Source: Squalus acanthias (taxonomy: Eukaryota). Taken from it: a stretch of 64,000 bases of DNA. The notes beneath the pieces are model-generated. The model was not told the DNA's origin, searched no databases, and saw only the letters and a list, made by a program, of their open reading frames with translations. The stretch lies in assembly GCA_030390025.1 (NCBI GenBank), contig CM059431.1, positions 137,766,001 to 137,830,000 on the forward strand, in the 5' to 3' direction. Within the stretch, counting starts at the first letter, position 1, and every line of letters starts with the position of its first letter. Below are positions 62,488 through 64,000 of the stretch, piece after piece. The position numbers were made by a program, and so were the translations under genes.

Positions 62488-63392
62488 TCATTTTTTAACT
62501 AAATTACGAATGAATGTCCAAGGAGATTTCACCACGTTCTTTAGCTCTTCCCTGAATTTAGTTTGTGTAGCTGTATAAATACATGTGTTTGTACAGGAAC
62601 TCAAATACATGAGCATATATCCGGTTTCTGTGGCAATGTATGCAGGGGATATATAATCGCCTCGATACTGCGCCGTGTTTGTCAGTTTGGCAGTTAAAAA
62701 ACTAACGACAGCTGTCAGCCACAACACAATAAGACTGGCCGACACACTGAACAGTAAAATGATGGATTTCCTTCGTTTCTCCATCTCGGGATCGCTCTGA
62801 TTCTCACTGCTGTGACCCAGGAGTGCCCTGCGGGCTCTACTGGCCACCAAAATGCGCCGGACTGTCAAACAATTAAACAGTAATATCAAAGCAAAAGGAA
62901 GCCATGCAACTAAAATACTTTTTATCCAGTAGTATGCTACACCTGCAAGCGAAATAAAAAATGTCACACTGTAGCGGCAACCCCAGGGAACGTTGTGAAT
63001 TATTCGCTCAGTTTCATATGCAAACCAAAAGGGTATGTTCTCTAAACAGATCAGGACAGAGACCGTTGTTATAACCGCGCCCGCAGTTCTCACAGTGCAA
63101 TACTTTGTTTTAAAGTTCTGACAACATATAGCTACAAATCGATCAAATGTGAAGGAGACGGTAAACCACACCGACATATCCAGGGTAGCAGGATTCATAC
63201 ACATAATTAACTTACAAACGGCAGTGTAGTTCAGGAATGAATATGGAAAGTGATAACTGAAAGTTTGATACGCTATTACATGTAAGACAATGACCAGTAG
63301 ATCTGCTGTTGCCATGGCCACCATGTAGACAGAAATACAATTGGAAAGTCCGCAATTTCCTCTGGAGAGAATCACGATTGTCAGTAGGTTCG
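62488..63392 (-). CDS. GPR139/GPR142-like class A orphan GPCR, copy 2, exon 2 (exon 1 expected just beyond the window)
   Basis: Open 7TM frame with the same acceptor ttctcacag|CGAAC; retains TM3 Cys (AVCK), DRF, ECL2 Cys, TM5 Pro and NTCIY. Confidence 0.92.
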
Positions 63393-64000
63393 CTGTGAGA
63401 AAGAGGGAGAAGAGGTCAGTAACGGGGACACTCGGATAAATCTAACAGCATATTGTGGGGAAATGTTCTGAAGTGTCCCTACATAATTTCATAGACACTG
63501 ATTATTTCTTTATAAAATAGCGGATCGTTGGACAATTTGTTTAAAAGAGATAAAACATTGAACACTGTCGATAGAGGGACTGAATGTCTGCTGTTTCCAG
63601 CATCCTACAGTCAGACATCGTCACGTCTTAAATATAATTTACAAACAATGACTGGAAAGATATGAATTCAAATAATACATTCAGCTGAGACACAAACATT
63701 CGATGTAGGTCGAAACTCTGCGCTTTTTCTATTTCTAATGGCCCCGAGGGAGCTGCTAGGTAACAGAGCGGGAGGTGGTGGAGCCGCGAAGGTTATTTGC
63801 AGCCGAGGGGAGGTGAGCAGCTCCCTGAGCGGCAATTATTGCTCCAAATATCTTTCACAGTCCTCTGATGGGTGGAGGTGGCTGCAGTACAAGGAAATAT
63901 CAAATTAATCTAGACAGGGAACAACGGTACAGATGAAAGGATTACCATGGACACTGAGCAACACATTCTTTAATGATCGATGTACTGTTGGAGGGGCCGG

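Larger units (their letters stand above)
49010..64000 (+). repeat. Segmental duplicate of about 2990-18320 in direct orientation, extending past the window end
   Basis: Colinear old CR1, MITEs, exons C-F, 67 bp array, SINE-headed LINE, L2, GPCR exon 2 and intron. The window end matches about 18283-18323. Confidence 0.95.

Noticed and set aside
49010..64000. Haplotype or assembly duplication artefact
   Set aside because: The copies differ by many substitutions and by copy-specific insertions, far beyond allelic variation.

Overview
Eukaryotic, intron-containing, transposon-dense DNA, most likely a shark or other elasmobranch (HE1-type V-SINE, many CR1 LINEs, Penelope elements). Host genes: (1) the last six coding exons (+, 109-7118) of an uncharacterised membrane-anchored protein that the ORF track misses, recalled as a P-loop GTPase family; (2) a complete two-exon GPR139/GPR142-like class A GPCR (-, 16904-18616); (3) the main exon of a second such GPCR (-, 62488-63392). 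About 2990-18320 is duplicated at about 49010-64000 and continues beyond the window. The second copy holds a dead partial copy of gene 1 (frameshift, two lost splice sites, Penelope insertion in an exon) but an open, strongly diverged GPCR. Between the copies lie about 30 kb of nested elements: a 4.4 kb full-architecture Harbinger transposon, Harbinger-type MITEs, CR1 and L2 LINEs, SINEs and minisatellites. Penelope ends across the window carry minimal hammerhead-ribozyme motifs. All alignments and family calls were made by eye; no searches were run.
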